A stretch of 64,000 bases of DNA, taken from the NCBI GenBank assembly GCA_965215005.1, contig CBDCCZ010000054.1, positions 224,001 to 288,000 on the forward strand. The letters are read 5' to 3'. Below the pieces are notes generated by a model, which worked only from the letters and a program-made list of their open reading frames with translations, was not told the DNA's origin and did no database searches. The stretch is from Kofleriaceae bacterium. GTDB taxonomy: Bacteria; Myxococcota_A; Polyangia; Haliangiales; Haliangiaceae. Shown piece by piece: positions 33,209 through 44,344 of this stretch; position 1 is the first letter of the stretch, and every line of letters begins with the position of its first letter. The position numbers were made by a program, and so were the translations under genes.

Positions 33209-35581
33209 TTAGGGTTCGCGACGCGAGGGCAGCATGGCGGTGGGGCGATGACGCTCATCCTGTTCGCGCACGAAACGCCGACGACCGACCTCGCTCCACC
33301 ACTGCTCCCAGCGCCGCTTGGCCTGCTCGCGCTCCTTCTTCGACAGGTCGTGGTGGTAGCCGAAATATTCGCCCGTGAGCCTGCGAAGCTCTTCTCCGGC
33401 AGCCCGACGAATGTCTTCGTCTCTGTGGCCCAGACCATCAATGAGCCACTCGATTCGGTGTCTATCTTGATGCTTGGTCCACCAGCCGCGCCACTTGCGG
33501 GCGCTGGTTCCGAAGTCTTGCTTGGCAAGCACCACCAAGCTGCGGCGGGCGTGCTCGCTGCCTTTGTCGCTGCGTGAGAGCGCATCGATGAGCGCGGGTA
33601 TCGCAGCGGTGTCTGCCAAACACGCGATGGCTTCCGCTGCAGCGCCCGCACGACCCACATCGTCGCTGTGCAGCACTTGGCGGATGCGCGTCAAGTGCGG
33701 CTCCAAATCGGCGCTCGGATATCCGGCCAGACCCTCCAGCGCGGCCTGCCGAACGCCATAGTCGGTATCGAACACGCGCTCGACGAGAGACTCCAGAAGA
33801 CTGCTCGGCCGCATCTCGGCGGCACACATCGTTGCGTAGTAACGGGTCTCGCGCGCGGGGTCGCGCATCTTGTCGGCCAGGAGCTCAGCAGCGACCGAGC
33901 CCATGCGCATGATCAGATCGAGCAACGGCCCGTGATCGGCGGCGCGCAGCTCGTTCTGGCCGTAACGCTCGGGATGCAGCGGGCCCGGAAAGCGCTGCGT
34001 AAGGAGCGCGAGCGTCGCTTCCGGGCGGCGCAGGCAGTCGTTCATGGCGTCTTCTAGATCCGCGGGATCGCCGGCTTCGATGACTGCTAGGACCTGCTCG
34101 ACAGGACCTGGTTCCTCGGCTTCGAGTGATACTTCCTGCGTTGCGTCCGCGGGGGCCGCATCCTCGCTTCCGGTGGGCGCGCGGCGCGCGGCAGCAGCCT
34201 TGGCTTTCACGATCAAGCGGGACAGCGCATCGGCGGCCGAGCCGGCCAGCGGCAGGAGCTCGGAGACGTCGGCGATGCTGATAGCGTCGTTGCCGCGATG
34301 CCCGACCGCGAGTGCGACCACGCGTTGTTTGAGCGCGATGGGCAGCAGCAGGGCGCTTGGTGGCACTACGCCGCCCATGCGCTCGATCATTCGGTCAATT
34401 TCGGCCTCGCCGGTGGCGACCGCGCCGACGAATGGCGCCGCTCCTGTGACCACGCTTCGAAAGGCGCTGCCGACGTCGAGCGGGATGAGCACTTGTGCAA
34501 TGTGCTCGCGGTCGGTGGCATCGCCCACGAGCGCGATGCGGCCGATGGCTGCGCCTCCTTGGATGGTCAGAAGCCCCGCAAACCAGGCCTGGCGGCGAAT
34601 CGCGCGCAGGAGAATCATGAAGATGGCGTCGCGGTCGTCGGCGTCGGCGAGCAGGGCCCGTGCCTCCACTACCGACAGCGCCGAGGACTCGAGCACGCCA
34701 GGCTGTAAGATCGCCGGAGCGGGACCAGGATTGTTGGCCGCTGCACCCTCGGTGACCGACGGCGGACGCACGTTCGCTGGCTCTGCGGCGTCGGCGTCGG
34801 GCGCGCGATCAGCGACCGAGGGCGCAGCTGGCGAGTCCTCGCCACGCGAAGCGTCGGGAATCGTCGCGTCTTGGGTTGCGCCGTTGCCGCCCGCTCCTCG
34901 GCCGCCGGCGCTCACTGCTTCACGCTCGCGACGAGCTTGGGCGTCGTTCCCTGCGGCGGACCCAGGCGCGCCATCTTGACGGGCCGAGGCCGGCAGCACT
35001 GCAGACGGCGGTACCCCCACGTCGACGACCACGTGTTCGGCGCCAGGCTCCGCCGTTTGACTCTCGACGATGACGGAAGCGGCGCGGCCCACCGGCCGAG
35101 TGCTTGGTGCCTCTTCGGCTTTCGCGGCGAGCTTGGCGAACCGCGCGTCGGTCATGCCGCCAAACATTCGCGAGAACACCAAGTGAAAGCGATACTCGGG
35201 AACGACCAAGGGCTGGATCGGCAGGTCGAGCTCGTCGGCGAGGCGCTCCATCTGCCCTAGGTCGACCGGATCGTAGACCAGGACGCGAAGCGCTCCGCCT
35301 TCGAAGCACAGCGGCACCACGCGGTGAGCTCGTGCAACTTCCTGAGGACAGCGGCGCACCGCCTCCATGTCGAAGACGTCGGTCTCCGTGCGCGTGGCCG
35401 GCGGTAAACCGGTGGCTAAAGACAAGTACTGCATCAGCCGGTCTTCGGCCACGATGCTCATTTCGAGCAAGATCGTGTCCAGGCTACCGCCATAGATGAC
35501 CTGGCGCTGAAACGCCTTTTCCATGCGTTTTACGCCGACCAGTCCGTCGCGGACCAGCAGTGAGCTCAGGCGTGAAGGCAT
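33209..35581 (-). CDS. GspE_N/MshEN-like, GAF-like and HEAT repeat protein
   Basis: SRLSSLLVRDGLV...AFQRQ, VARAHRVVPL...LVYDP; LLLPIALKQRVVAL (GAF-like); C-terminal HEAT repeats. Confidence 0.75.
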   Translation of the reverse strand: MPSRLSSLLVRDGLVGVKRMEKAFQRQVIYGGSLDTILLEMSIVAEDRLMQYLSLATGLPPATRTETDVFDMEAVRRCPQEVARAHRVVPLCFEGGALRVLVYDPVDLGQMERLADELDLPIQPLVVPEYRFHLVFSRMFGGMTDARFAKLAAKAEEAPSTRPVGRAASVIVESQTAEPGAEHVVVDVGVPPSAVLPASARQDGAPGSAAGNDAQARREREAVSAGGRGAGGNGATQDATIPDASRGEDSPAAPSVADRAPDADAAEPANVRPPSVTEGAAANNPGPAPAILQPGVLESSALSVVEARALLADADDRDAIFMILLRAIRRQAWFAGLLTIQGGAAIGRIALVGDATDREHIAQVLIPLDVGSAFRSVVTGAAPFVGAVATGEAEIDRMIERMGGVVPPSALLLPIALKQRVVALAVGHRGNDAISIADVSELLPLAGSAADALSRLIVKAKAAAARRAPTGSEDAAPADATQEVSLEAEEPGPVEQVLAVIEAGDPADLEDAMNDCLRRPEATLALLTQRFPGPLHPERYGQNELRAADHGPLLDLIMRMGSVAAELLADKMRDPARETRYYATMCAAEMRPSSLLESLVERVFDTDYGVRQAALEGLAGYPSADLEPHLTRIRQVLHSDDVGRAGAAAEAIACLADTAAIPALIDALSRSDKGSEHARRSLVVLAKQDFGTSARKWRGWWTKHQDRHRIEWLIDGLGHRDEDIRRAAGEELRRLTGEYFGYHHDLSKKEREQAKRRWEQWWSEVGRRRFVREQDERHRPTAMLPSRREP

Positions 35582-35746
35582 CTAGCGGCCTGTATCAGGA
35601 GTACGCGGCCGAACCTCGCCCACGAGCTTGGTGTCGCGGGCGGATGAGATTCTCGCTTTGGCGTTCTCTATACAGTGAAGTTTCATGGATGTCGTTTTCC
35701 GTCCCATGGATCCTGCCCGGCCGACGCTGCGGAGAGTTGTCCGAAT

Positions 35747-36568
35747 CTATCGTGTCGGTTGACTAGCTCCGGCTTTCACCACGTAGGTGCCGGCGATCCA
35801 ATCGTGAAGTCCGCGCTTCTCTGCATCGAAGCCAATCCACAAGAATCCGAGGAACAACGTTGCTACCGAAGCCAAATAACCGCCAGCGCGAAGCGCGGCT
35901 CGGGCATGAGAGGGCGGCTCGCCATAGAGGTCGATGATACGAAGTTTCAACGCCCGCATGCCGGGAGTGCGCGCGGTAACGACGTGGAAAACGAAGGCGT
36001 AGACCAGCGCGATGATGATCGTGAGGACGATTGCCCCGAGCACCGCCGGATCGCTGGCGAGAAATAGATCGAGCCAAAAGTCGAGGCCGCGATGGCGGCT
36101 AGGTGGGAGATGGATGCCGGCTATCGCACCTACCAGCCACGCGAGGATGGCGGCCACGGGAAGGATTATCGCTAAATCGATGGCCGCCGCAGCGCTACGG
36201 CGCCAAAAGCCCGCAGCATAGAACGTTGGAACGTCGCTGCGCCGAGGTCGGTCTTCGCCGCCGTCGCGACCCGTTGGTCCGACGCCGCGGGATGGCTCAT
36301 GCGGAATTCCGTCGCCCCGCTGCGGGGCAAGGACGGCAGATTCTCGCGGCTCGCGATTGGTTTCAGCTGTCGGCCTCGCTGCGCGTGGCGTGGTGGCATG
36401 AGGCGCAGCATCTATCGAGTCGTGCGGGTCATGCGTCGGTGCAATCGTGCGGATGGTGTCCTGGTCGCTGGCGAGCTCGGTGACGTCGCCGTCGCCAGCC
36501 GAGCTCGATGCGACGGGCTCGCGGCCACGAGGAGTAGCGGTCAGCAAAGAGGGCTCGCGATCCGACAC
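35747..36568 (-). CDS. RDD family membrane protein
   Basis: YAAGFWRRSAAAAID, TPGMRALKLRI, KRGLHDWIAGTYVV; start uncertain. Confidence 0.9.
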   Translation of the reverse strand: MSDREPSLLTATPRGREPVASSSAGDGDVTELASDQDTIRTIAPTHDPHDSIDAAPHATTPRAARPTAETNREPRESAVLAPQRGDGIPHEPSRGVGPTGRDGGEDRPRRSDVPTFYAAGFWRRSAAAAIDLAIILPVAAILAWLVGAIAGIHLPPSRHRGLDFWLDLFLASDPAVLGAIVLTIIIALVYAFVFHVVTARTPGMRALKLRIIDLYGEPPSHARAALRAGGYLASVATLFLGFLWIGFDAEKRGLHDWIAGTYVVKAGASQPTR

Positions 36569-36660
36569 CCCAGCGTTATAAGTCCGCGGCCGCACGGAAT
36601 CAATTTCGCCCGCGCGCAGTGGCTCGGGCGACGAACGCCTGCTGTGCGACGGGAGGGGCT

Positions 36661-37401
36661 TCAGACGCCGAGATCCCCGACAACTACGCCGGCAATGGTG
36701 GCGGAAACCACCGCGGCCGTTTCGGCGCGGAGCACCCGCGGTCCGAGCGACACCGGCAGGTACCCGGCCGCCACTGCGGCCTCCAACTCCCGGCTTGCAA
36801 AGCCTCCTTCGGGGCCGATCGCGATCGCGACCGAACGCGGCCTACTCGCCCGCAGCGACGCTTCCAGCGCCTGCTCGCCCTCCCGTGCCCACGCGATGAA
36901 GCGGGCTTCGGCGCTCGCGCCGGCCGCCAACGCCCTCTCGAGCTCCATCACCTCGGCAATGGTGGGAACGTCTGCACGCCGACACTGCCGTGCGGCGTCG
37001 CGCGCGACGCTTTCGAAGCGTTGTCGGCGGCTACCGGCGCGCTTTGCATCGAGTCGCACCACCGTTCGTTCGGTCTGCATGGGTATCACTCGCGTAACTC
37101 CCAGCTCGACCAGCTTTTGAATCGCCCATTCCGTGCGGTCGCCCTTAATGAGCGCCAGCAGCACCGTGAGCTCCAGGCGCGGCGTCGTCACCATCTCGGC
37201 AGCATCGGTCTCGAGGATCGCGACCTCGGCCGCAACATTTACTACACGCGCCGTTGCCTGGCGTCCCTGCCCGTCGAGCAGCAGGACGGCGTCGCCTACG
37301 CGCAGTCGCCGCACGCGAAATAAGTAATGATGGTCGTCGCCCTGAACGCGGACCTGTCCGGTCGCGAGTTGCTCGGGCTCTACGAACAACCGCACGCTCA
37401 C
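36661..37401 (-). CDS. rsmE: 16S rRNA m3U1498 methyltransferase
   Basis: HHYLFRVRRL, QKLVELGV, AARQCRR, IGPEGGF, LGPRVLRAETA. Confidence 0.95.
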   Translation of the reverse strand: MSVRLFVEPEQLATGQVRVQGDDHHYLFRVRRLRVGDAVLLLDGQGRQATARVVNVAAEVAILETDAAEMVTTPRLELTVLLALIKGDRTEWAIQKLVELGVTRVIPMQTERTVVRLDAKRAGSRRQRFESVARDAARQCRRADVPTIAEVMELERALAAGASAEARFIAWAREGEQALEASLRASRPRSVAIAIGPEGGFASRELEAAVAAGYLPVSLGPRVLRAETAAVVSATIAGVVVGDLGV

Positions 37402-38294
37402 GGGCGCCGCATCACCACACAGGTCCAATCGGTTTCCTCGTCGGGACGGGTCCGCACGTGCTCAAGCCCGGTGGCCAGAAAACTGCCGATGACTGCTTCT
37501 GCTTGATGATGCAGGATTCCGCTGAGAATGAGGCGACCGCCGGCAGCCACCCGCGGGGCCAGCTGCTCGCAAAGTTGATGCAACACCGCGGCCTCGATGT
37601 TGGCAAGAACCAGCGGGTAGTCATCGGATACCTCGCCTACTAGCGTGGTTGCGCAGTCGAGGTGCTCGCCGACGCCGTTTCGCTCGGCGTTTTCGTGCGC
37701 GGCCGACACCGCGAGCTCATCGGTGTCGATGGCTAAACCGCGCGCTGTTGGCCATAAGTGAAGCGCCGCGATGGCCAGGATTCCAGACCCGGTGCCAACG
37801 TCGAGAAAACGGTCGATGACCAAGCCGTCGTCCCGAAGTGACTGCGTCGTCTCGAGCACCAGTCGCGTGGTCGCGTGAAGGCCCGTCCCAAACGCATGGC
37901 CGGGATCGAGATGAATGACGCGATCCTCGGCGGCAGGAGAGTACTGCTCCCAGCTCGGAACCACGACGATCTGGCGGGTGAGGCGGGTGACGTGAAAATG
38001 CCGCTTCCAGGCATCGCGCCATTCCGCCTCGGCCATCGCGGGGCGAATGACCACACGGACGGGATCGACGTTCCAGCCTGCGGCGGCCAACTCGCCGACC
38101 GCCTGCCGGGTTTGGGCGAGTACCTGCTCGCCGTCGGGCACCGGTACCCAAAAAACGATGTCCATGCCGCGCAGCTCGAACCCCGCCGCCGCGGCTGCGA
38201 CGCGATCCGCGAGGAGCGGAGCCAGGTCGTCGGCCTGCGTTGGCGGCGCGTGAATCGCTACCTCGAGCCATTCGGTATCACCCTGCACGCTCAT
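37398..38294 (-). CDS. prmA: 50S ribosomal protein L11 methyltransferase
   Basis: WRDAWKRHF, LDPGHAFGTGLHATT, LDVGTGSGIL, VLANI, ILSGIL. Confidence 0.93.
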   Translation of the reverse strand: MSVQGDTEWLEVAIHAPPTQADDLAPLLADRVAAAAAGFELRGMDIVFWVPVPDGEQVLAQTRQAVGELAAAGWNVDPVRVVIRPAMAEAEWRDAWKRHFHVTRLTRQIVVVPSWEQYSPAAEDRVIHLDPGHAFGTGLHATTRLVLETTQSLRDDGLVIDRFLDVGTGSGILAIAALHLWPTARGLAIDTDELAVSAAHENAERNGVGEHLDCATTLVGEVSDDYPLVLANIEAAVLHQLCEQLAPRVAAGGRLILSGILHHQAEAVIGSFLATGLEHVRTRPDEETDWTCVVMRRP

Positions 38295-38369
38295 CGGTTA
38301 CCACGTTTCGTGGAAGCTACACTGCGCCAAAAAGTTGCGCGGTCATAGGGTAGGTGTAGCGTCTTATGT

Positions 38370-39399
<1,030 letters not shown>

Positions 39400-39807
39400 A
39401 GACGCGCTTAGCTACCTGATCGCTGGCTAATGGTCAAGGAATCTCCGCGGTGCGCGCACTTGCCCATCTCCTTTAGTTAGTGCACCTACTGTGCGGCCGG
39501 CCCGGGGAGCGGAGGGACGCTGGAGCCTGCAAGCAGCTGCGGCTGTGCTGCGGCTGGGGGCATCGCAGCGCGCCAGCCGTACCTCGCGATGTACTTGGAG
39601 GCTGAAGCAATCTCGGCGCAGGACCGGTCGACGGAAGTTAGCGCCCACCGAGCGAGCCACCGAAGCGAAACCGTCGCATAGCAGCGATAGGCTTCCGGGT
39701 CCTTCGGACAGCACTTGCGGGCAAATCCTGGCAGCCGCAGCACGCACGCTTGCCATCAGCGTCGCGGCCGCGCCCTTGAGCCGTCACTGCCTGCGTGAGG
39801 AGAGATT

Positions 39808-39860
39808 TCATATTTGACGGAAAATTCTTTCTTGACTGGAATTAAACGGGATGCGAATCT
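39808..39860 (+). promoter_or_regulatory. AT-rich putative sigma70-type promoter for the small gene at 39938
   Basis: Locally AT-rich; TTGACT (39832) is 17 bp from TGc-GAATCT, with a second TTGACG upstream; the -10 match is weak. Confidence 0.4.
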
Positions 39861-39937
39861 TGCGTCTGCTGGCGGACCAACTTGCGATCCAGAGTCGAAA
39901 CAATCGTAAGTAGTTGATCTTAAAAGGAGGGCGCGAG

Positions 39938-40147
39938 TTGCTGGATGTCACAGGGGTGAAGGTGTTCTCTGCTACCAAAGCAAAAGAACGAGAAGGGCTT
40001 GGTGAACAAGTCACCGAGTGGATTCGAGGAAACCCGGACTGCGAAATCGTCGACAAGATCGTCACGCAGTCCTCGGACTCTGAGTTTCATTGTTTGACGA
40101 TCACGTTGTTCTACAAGCGGATCATGAAAAGCGGCCGAGCCGCTTGA
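39938..40147 (+). CDS. Small hypothetical protein of a type recalled from myxobacteria
   Basis: AAAGGAGG RBS then TTG; GVKVFSATKAKEREGLGEQVTEW...IVDKIVTQSSDSEFHCLTITLFY. Confidence 0.8.
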   Translation: MLDVTGVKVFSATKAKEREGLGEQVTEWIRGNPDCEIVDKIVTQSSDSEFHCLTITLFYKRIMKSGRAA

Positions 40148-40152
40148 GAGAA

Positions 40153-40398
40153 TGCTGCAGCCGCCGCGACGGCTGCAGTGAACCCCGGCGGTCAACGGAC
40201 CTGTGCTGGCGGACGGGGGAGCCTGGCGGTTCACGGCGAGAGTCGTGAACCGCTAGCCGAGCAACCATGGGTTAACGAGGCGCGCTGGGTCTGAGCAGCG
40301 GCCTGGCGCGCCGTCGCCCCGGATGAGGCGGCAACCCGCGTCACCCCATCCCGCGACGGCGTAGGGACGGCTCACCGCGAGTGAGCGTCCGCGTCGCG
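40153..40398 (+). ncRNA. Candidate structured RNA / hairpin array (unassigned)
   Basis: Five or more consecutive hairpins with G-U pairs on the + strand and a GAGA tetraloop; no family recognised. Confidence 0.35.
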
Positions 40399-40689
40399 TT
40401 CAGCAAATTAGCTTGGCGTGGGGTTGCTGTGCGTCACGGCTGTGTAACCCGCTCGGCCTGATGGCTTGGCCGCTGCGTAAGCGCGCCCATGGCGTGTTGC
40501 GCGGCGCAGCGAGTGGCCTGGCAGGTCGCCAGCCCGCCGCCCCGCCTCGCCTCGCCGGCTCGAGGAAAGCGCCTCGGTCATCATCGCGCGACTTTCTGCG
40601 GCAAGCAGGCCCGAGGGTTGGCTGCTTGCTCACGCGCACGCTAGGTTGACGGCCTCTTTACCTCGAGCCCTTGAGGACCCTCATACACC

Positions 40690-42057
40690 ATGATGCATAT
40701 CGGCCATCTGCCGCGCTTCGCGGCCCTGCTCGCCTCGGTAGCGAGCGCTCTCGTGCAACCGTCGCTCGCCGCCGCGGCGCCGTCAGCCGCCAGCCCTCTG
40801 GCGCTGCCAAACGTCGAGACCTGGACCCTCGAGAATGGGCTGCAGGTCGCGCTCATGCGAGTCGCCGCCGCCCCGGTCGCTTCGGTGCAGCTCTGGTATC
40901 ACGTTGGCAGCAAAGACGAGCCGCCGAACCGGCGCGGATCGGCGCACATGTTCGAGCACATGATGTTCCGCGGCTCGGAGCACGTTCCCCCCGAGGAGCA
41001 CGCGCGATTGCTCGCGCGCGTCGGCGGCTACGTCAACGCGTTCACCACCGAAGATGCCACCGCGTACATCAACGTGGTGCCGGTCAAATACGTCGACTTC
41101 GCGCTCCGTCTCGAGGCTGAACGCATGCGCAAGCTGCTATTTCGCCCCGACATGATCGCGACGGAGCGCGAAGTGGTGAAGGAAGAGATTCGCCAACAGG
41201 AGAACAACCCGGTCGCGAAGGGGCTATTGCGTTTCTTCGAGGTCGCCTATCAAAAACATCCTTACGCATGGACGGCGGCGGGGACAATCGCCGATCTCGA
41301 CGCGACGACAGTGGCTGACCTCCAGGCCTTCTATGACCGCTATTACGTGCCCAACAACGCGCTCCTCACCATCGTGGGCGACGTTTCTAAAGAGGACGTC
41401 GCCGCGGCCGTGCAGAACCACTTTGGCGCCATTGCCAAGCAGCCCGAGCCGCCGCGACCCGCAAACGAGCGGCCCGAGCCGCCGCAGCAAAGTAAGCGGC
41501 GTGAAGTCGCTCCGCCAGCGCAGATTGGCGTGGTCTTCAGTGGCTATCACGTTCCCGGTGCCGCACACGAAGACATCTACGCCTTGCAAGTCTTGTCACT
41601 TATTCTTGGCAACGGCGAATCGTCGCGTCTACATGAGCGATTGGTGCAGAAGGATCGGATCGCAGTGCAGTCAGCAAGTCCGCTGTTCGTGCGCGAGCAT
41701 CCAGGGCTGTTCGTCGTCTTCGGTGTCTACTTGCCGCCCGTCGAGGCGGAGGCGGTCGAGTCCGCGTTGCTCGCGGAAATTGCTCTCATGCAGCAAAAAG
41801 GGCCTGCGGAACGCGAGCTGCGCAAGGCGAAGAATCAGCTGCAGTCGAGCTTTGCGTTTGGTCTCGAGAGCGTTGATGGGCTCGCCCAGCAAATTGGCAG
41901 CTCGTGGATCCTCACCGGTGATCCCACCCAATGGGTGCGCGACCTCGAGCAGCTCGAGGCGGTTGGTGCCAAGGATGTGCAACGGGTTGCTCGGCAATAC
42001 TTGCAAGAGTCCAATAAGACCACTGTCGTGGTGCCGCCAGCCGGCGCGGAAGGCTGA
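40690..42057 (+). CDS. M16 family (pitrilysin-like) zinc peptidase, catalytic subunit
   Basis: Signal peptide; WYHVGSKDE, AHMFEHMMFRGS (HXXEH), NAFTT, EREVVKEE, Y.PNNA. Confidence 0.93.
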   Translation: MMHIGHLPRFAALLASVASALVQPSLAAAAPSAASPLALPNVETWTLENGLQVALMRVAAAPVASVQLWYHVGSKDEPPNRRGSAHMFEHMMFRGSEHVPPEEHARLLARVGGYVNAFTTEDATAYINVVPVKYVDFALRLEAERMRKLLFRPDMIATEREVVKEEIRQQENNPVAKGLLRFFEVAYQKHPYAWTAAGTIADLDATTVADLQAFYDRYYVPNNALLTIVGDVSKEDVAAAVQNHFGAIAKQPEPPRPANERPEPPQQSKRREVAPPAQIGVVFSGYHVPGAAHEDIYALQVLSLILGNGESSRLHERLVQKDRIAVQSASPLFVREHPGLFVVFGVYLPPVEAEAVESALLAEIALMQQKGPAERELRKAKNQLQSSFAFGLESVDGLAQQIGSSWILTGDPTQWVRDLEQLEAVGAKDVQRVARQYLQESNKTTVVVPPAGAEG

Positions 42058-42060
42058 ACG

Positions 42061-44304
42061 ATGAGCTCATTTATGCCTACCAAGACTTCACGAATCATCC
42101 TGCTCCTCGCGGCGCTAGCGGCATGTGGGCCAAGCGGCAAGACCGAGACGATTCCTGCTCTGCCGAGCGATGGCGCGGCCACGGGTGACTCTGCCGCTGC
42201 AGCCGCGGCGAGCAATCCGTGGGCGGGCCGAGACGATCTAATCAAATCGCCGGCTCCGCAACCTCCTAGCGCGGTTGAGTTGCCTACTATCGCGCGGTTC
42301 AAACTCTCCAATGGGCTTCGAGTCATCGTGGTGGAAAGTGAGCGGCTACCGTTGGCGAGCGTGCAGCTGGCAATCGAAGCAGGTCGGCGCGACGTCGAGC
42401 TTGGAAAATCGGGGCTCGAAGACTTCGCCGCGCAGATGCTCACCAAAGGAACTCGCAAGCGAAAAGGCAGCGAGATCGCCGAAGCCATCGATTTCACCGG
42501 CGGGCGGCTCGGCGCCAGTGCGAGTCACGAAGCGACACTCGTGACGTGTGCGGCGATGAGCAAAGATCTAGATACGTGTCTCGAGCTGCTCACGGACGTG
42601 GTGATCAACCCGACCTTTCCGAAGGAAGAGCTCGAGCCGGTCCGAAAGCAGCTGCTTGCGGAGGTGCGGCAAAGCAAAGACGATGCGGGTCAACTCGCTA
42701 CCATCCATTTTCAGAATCTTCTTTGGGGCGATGAGCACATTCGCGGCTGGCCGGTCAGCGAGGCGTCGGTGGCGACTATCGCGCGAGAGGACCTCGTCAA
42801 GTGGCATTCTCGCTGGTTTAAGCCCAACAACGCGATCTTGGCCATCGCCGGCAACGTCGACGCAGCAAGCCTAAAGAAGCGCCTCGAGAGCTACTTTGGC
42901 CGCTGGAAGAAGGGCAGCATTCCGAAGCGCGGCGAGGGGCAGCCGCGTGCACTCGAGGCAGATCGAGTACGTGTGGTCGATAAGCCCGGTCAGACCCAAA
43001 GCCACATTCGCATTGGGCACTATGGAATTCCGCACAAGGACCCCACGTTTTACGACACGCTCGTGGTGAATCATGTCTTGGGCAATGGCGGGTTTTCTTC
43101 GCGGTTGATGCAGGTCATCCGCTCGCAAGCCGGCAAGACGTACGGCGCGAGCTCAACGTTTGACCGCAGTCTCGATCGCGGCGCCTTCATGGCGCAGACG
43201 TTCACGCGCACTGCCGAAACCGCCGTAACGATCGCCATGCTTCGCGCTGAGCTGGAAAAAATGGCTGCTGGAGGTCCGTCGGAGGCGGAGCTGCAGGATG
43301 CCATTACCAACATTACCGGCAGCTACGCCACGCGTTTCGAGTCTGCGGCCGATGTCGCAAGCGCGGTGCTAGCGGCGGAGCTGCACGGCTTTGATGAGTC
43401 GTACGTGCGCGACTTCGCACTGCGCATTGGCGAGGTGAGCCCCGCGTCTGCACAGAAGGCCGCGGCTGAGAATCTGGCCGCAGCGCCGGTGGCCATCGTC
43501 GTGGTTGGCGATGCCAGTCAGCTCGCTCCGCAGCTCGAGGCGGCGGGGCTCAACTTTGAGGTGGTGGGCCATCTCGAGCCGGTGGTCTCCGCCGAACGTG
43601 AGCCGGAGCTCACCGCTCTCGAGCCGAGCAAGGCAGCGCGAGTCGCCGGCGAGAAGCTACTGGCGCAGGCGATCGCAGCGAAAGGCGGGGCCAACAAACT
43701 GGCTAGCATCAAGTCTCTCGAGGTGAAGGCGCGCGGAACCATCTCAACGGGTAAGCAGGAGATCCCAGCGGAGCTGGTGCGGCGCTTTGCGGCGCCAGAC
43801 AAGCTGCGACTAGACGTGGTGATAGGCGGTGGCGCGGCTCGCATTACGACGGCCTACAATGGCTCGAGCGGCTGGATTCGGCATCCACAGCTGGGGCTGC
43901 AGGAGATTCCGGCCGATGAGCTCGTCGAGCTAGCCAACAATGTCTGGCGGGACCACGAGTTCATCTTGCTGCGGCCAAAGCGCGATAGAGCAATGGTCGC
44001 CAAGCTAGCCGATGAGATTATCAAAGGAGCGAGCTACGACGTGTTGGCAATCATCGAGAAGAACCGCTCCACCGCGGTGAAGCTCTATCTCGATAAACAG
44101 ACGCATCTCATCGCCCGCATGGACTACACCGCCCAAGGCCTGAAGGGTGGCGAGCTGTACACCGATTACCGCGAGGTCGAGGGGCTGCAAATTGCTCACG
44201 ATCGGCTGACCATCAATCCCGAGTCGGCGCTACGAGCCACGGTCACCGAGGTGAAGATCAACGGCTCGGTGGCGGCCGAAGTCTTCGAGAAGCCAAGGAG
44301 CTGA
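42061..44304 (+). CDS. M16 family non-catalytic subunit, lipoprotein, with an extra C-terminal domain
   Basis: LAAC lipobox; M16 folds lacking HXXEH (EDFAAQML); FSSRL...TYGA; ~230-aa C-terminal extension (AKGGANKLASIKSL...YLDKQTHLI..DYREVEG). Confidence 0.88.
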   Translation: MSSFMPTKTSRIILLLAALAACGPSGKTETIPALPSDGAATGDSAAAAAASNPWAGRDDLIKSPAPQPPSAVELPTIARFKLSNGLRVIVVESERLPLASVQLAIEAGRRDVELGKSGLEDFAAQMLTKGTRKRKGSEIAEAIDFTGGRLGASASHEATLVTCAAMSKDLDTCLELLTDVVINPTFPKEELEPVRKQLLAEVRQSKDDAGQLATIHFQNLLWGDEHIRGWPVSEASVATIAREDLVKWHSRWFKPNNAILAIAGNVDAASLKKRLESYFGRWKKGSIPKRGEGQPRALEADRVRVVDKPGQTQSHIRIGHYGIPHKDPTFYDTLVVNHVLGNGGFSSRLMQVIRSQAGKTYGASSTFDRSLDRGAFMAQTFTRTAETAVTIAMLRAELEKMAAGGPSEAELQDAITNITGSYATRFESAADVASAVLAAELHGFDESYVRDFALRIGEVSPASAQKAAAENLAAAPVAIVVVGDASQLAPQLEAAGLNFEVVGHLEPVVSAEREPELTALEPSKAARVAGEKLLAQAIAAKGGANKLASIKSLEVKARGTISTGKQEIPAELVRRFAAPDKLRLDVVIGGGAARITTAYNGSSGWIRHPQLGLQEIPADELVELANNVWRDHEFILLRPKRDRAMVAKLADEIIKGASYDVLAIIEKNRSTAVKLYLDKQTHLIARMDYTAQGLKGGELYTDYREVEGLQIAHDRLTINPESALRATVTEVKINGSVAAEVFEKPRS

Positions 44305-44344
44305 GTGGCGAAACTCGCGCCGCGGATGCGCTATCATCCGCGCT

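Noticed and set aside
39427..39800. ORFs and a possible uORF (AAGGAG on the minus strand) upstream of rpsU
   Set aside because: No motif, only very short peptides and no convincing structure.
40400..40680. GAGGAAAG near 40562 suggesting RNase P RNA; also tmRNA, SRP or 6S for the hairpin region
   Set aside because: The other conserved elements (GAGGAAAGTCC context, tRNA-like ends, SRP loop) are not present.
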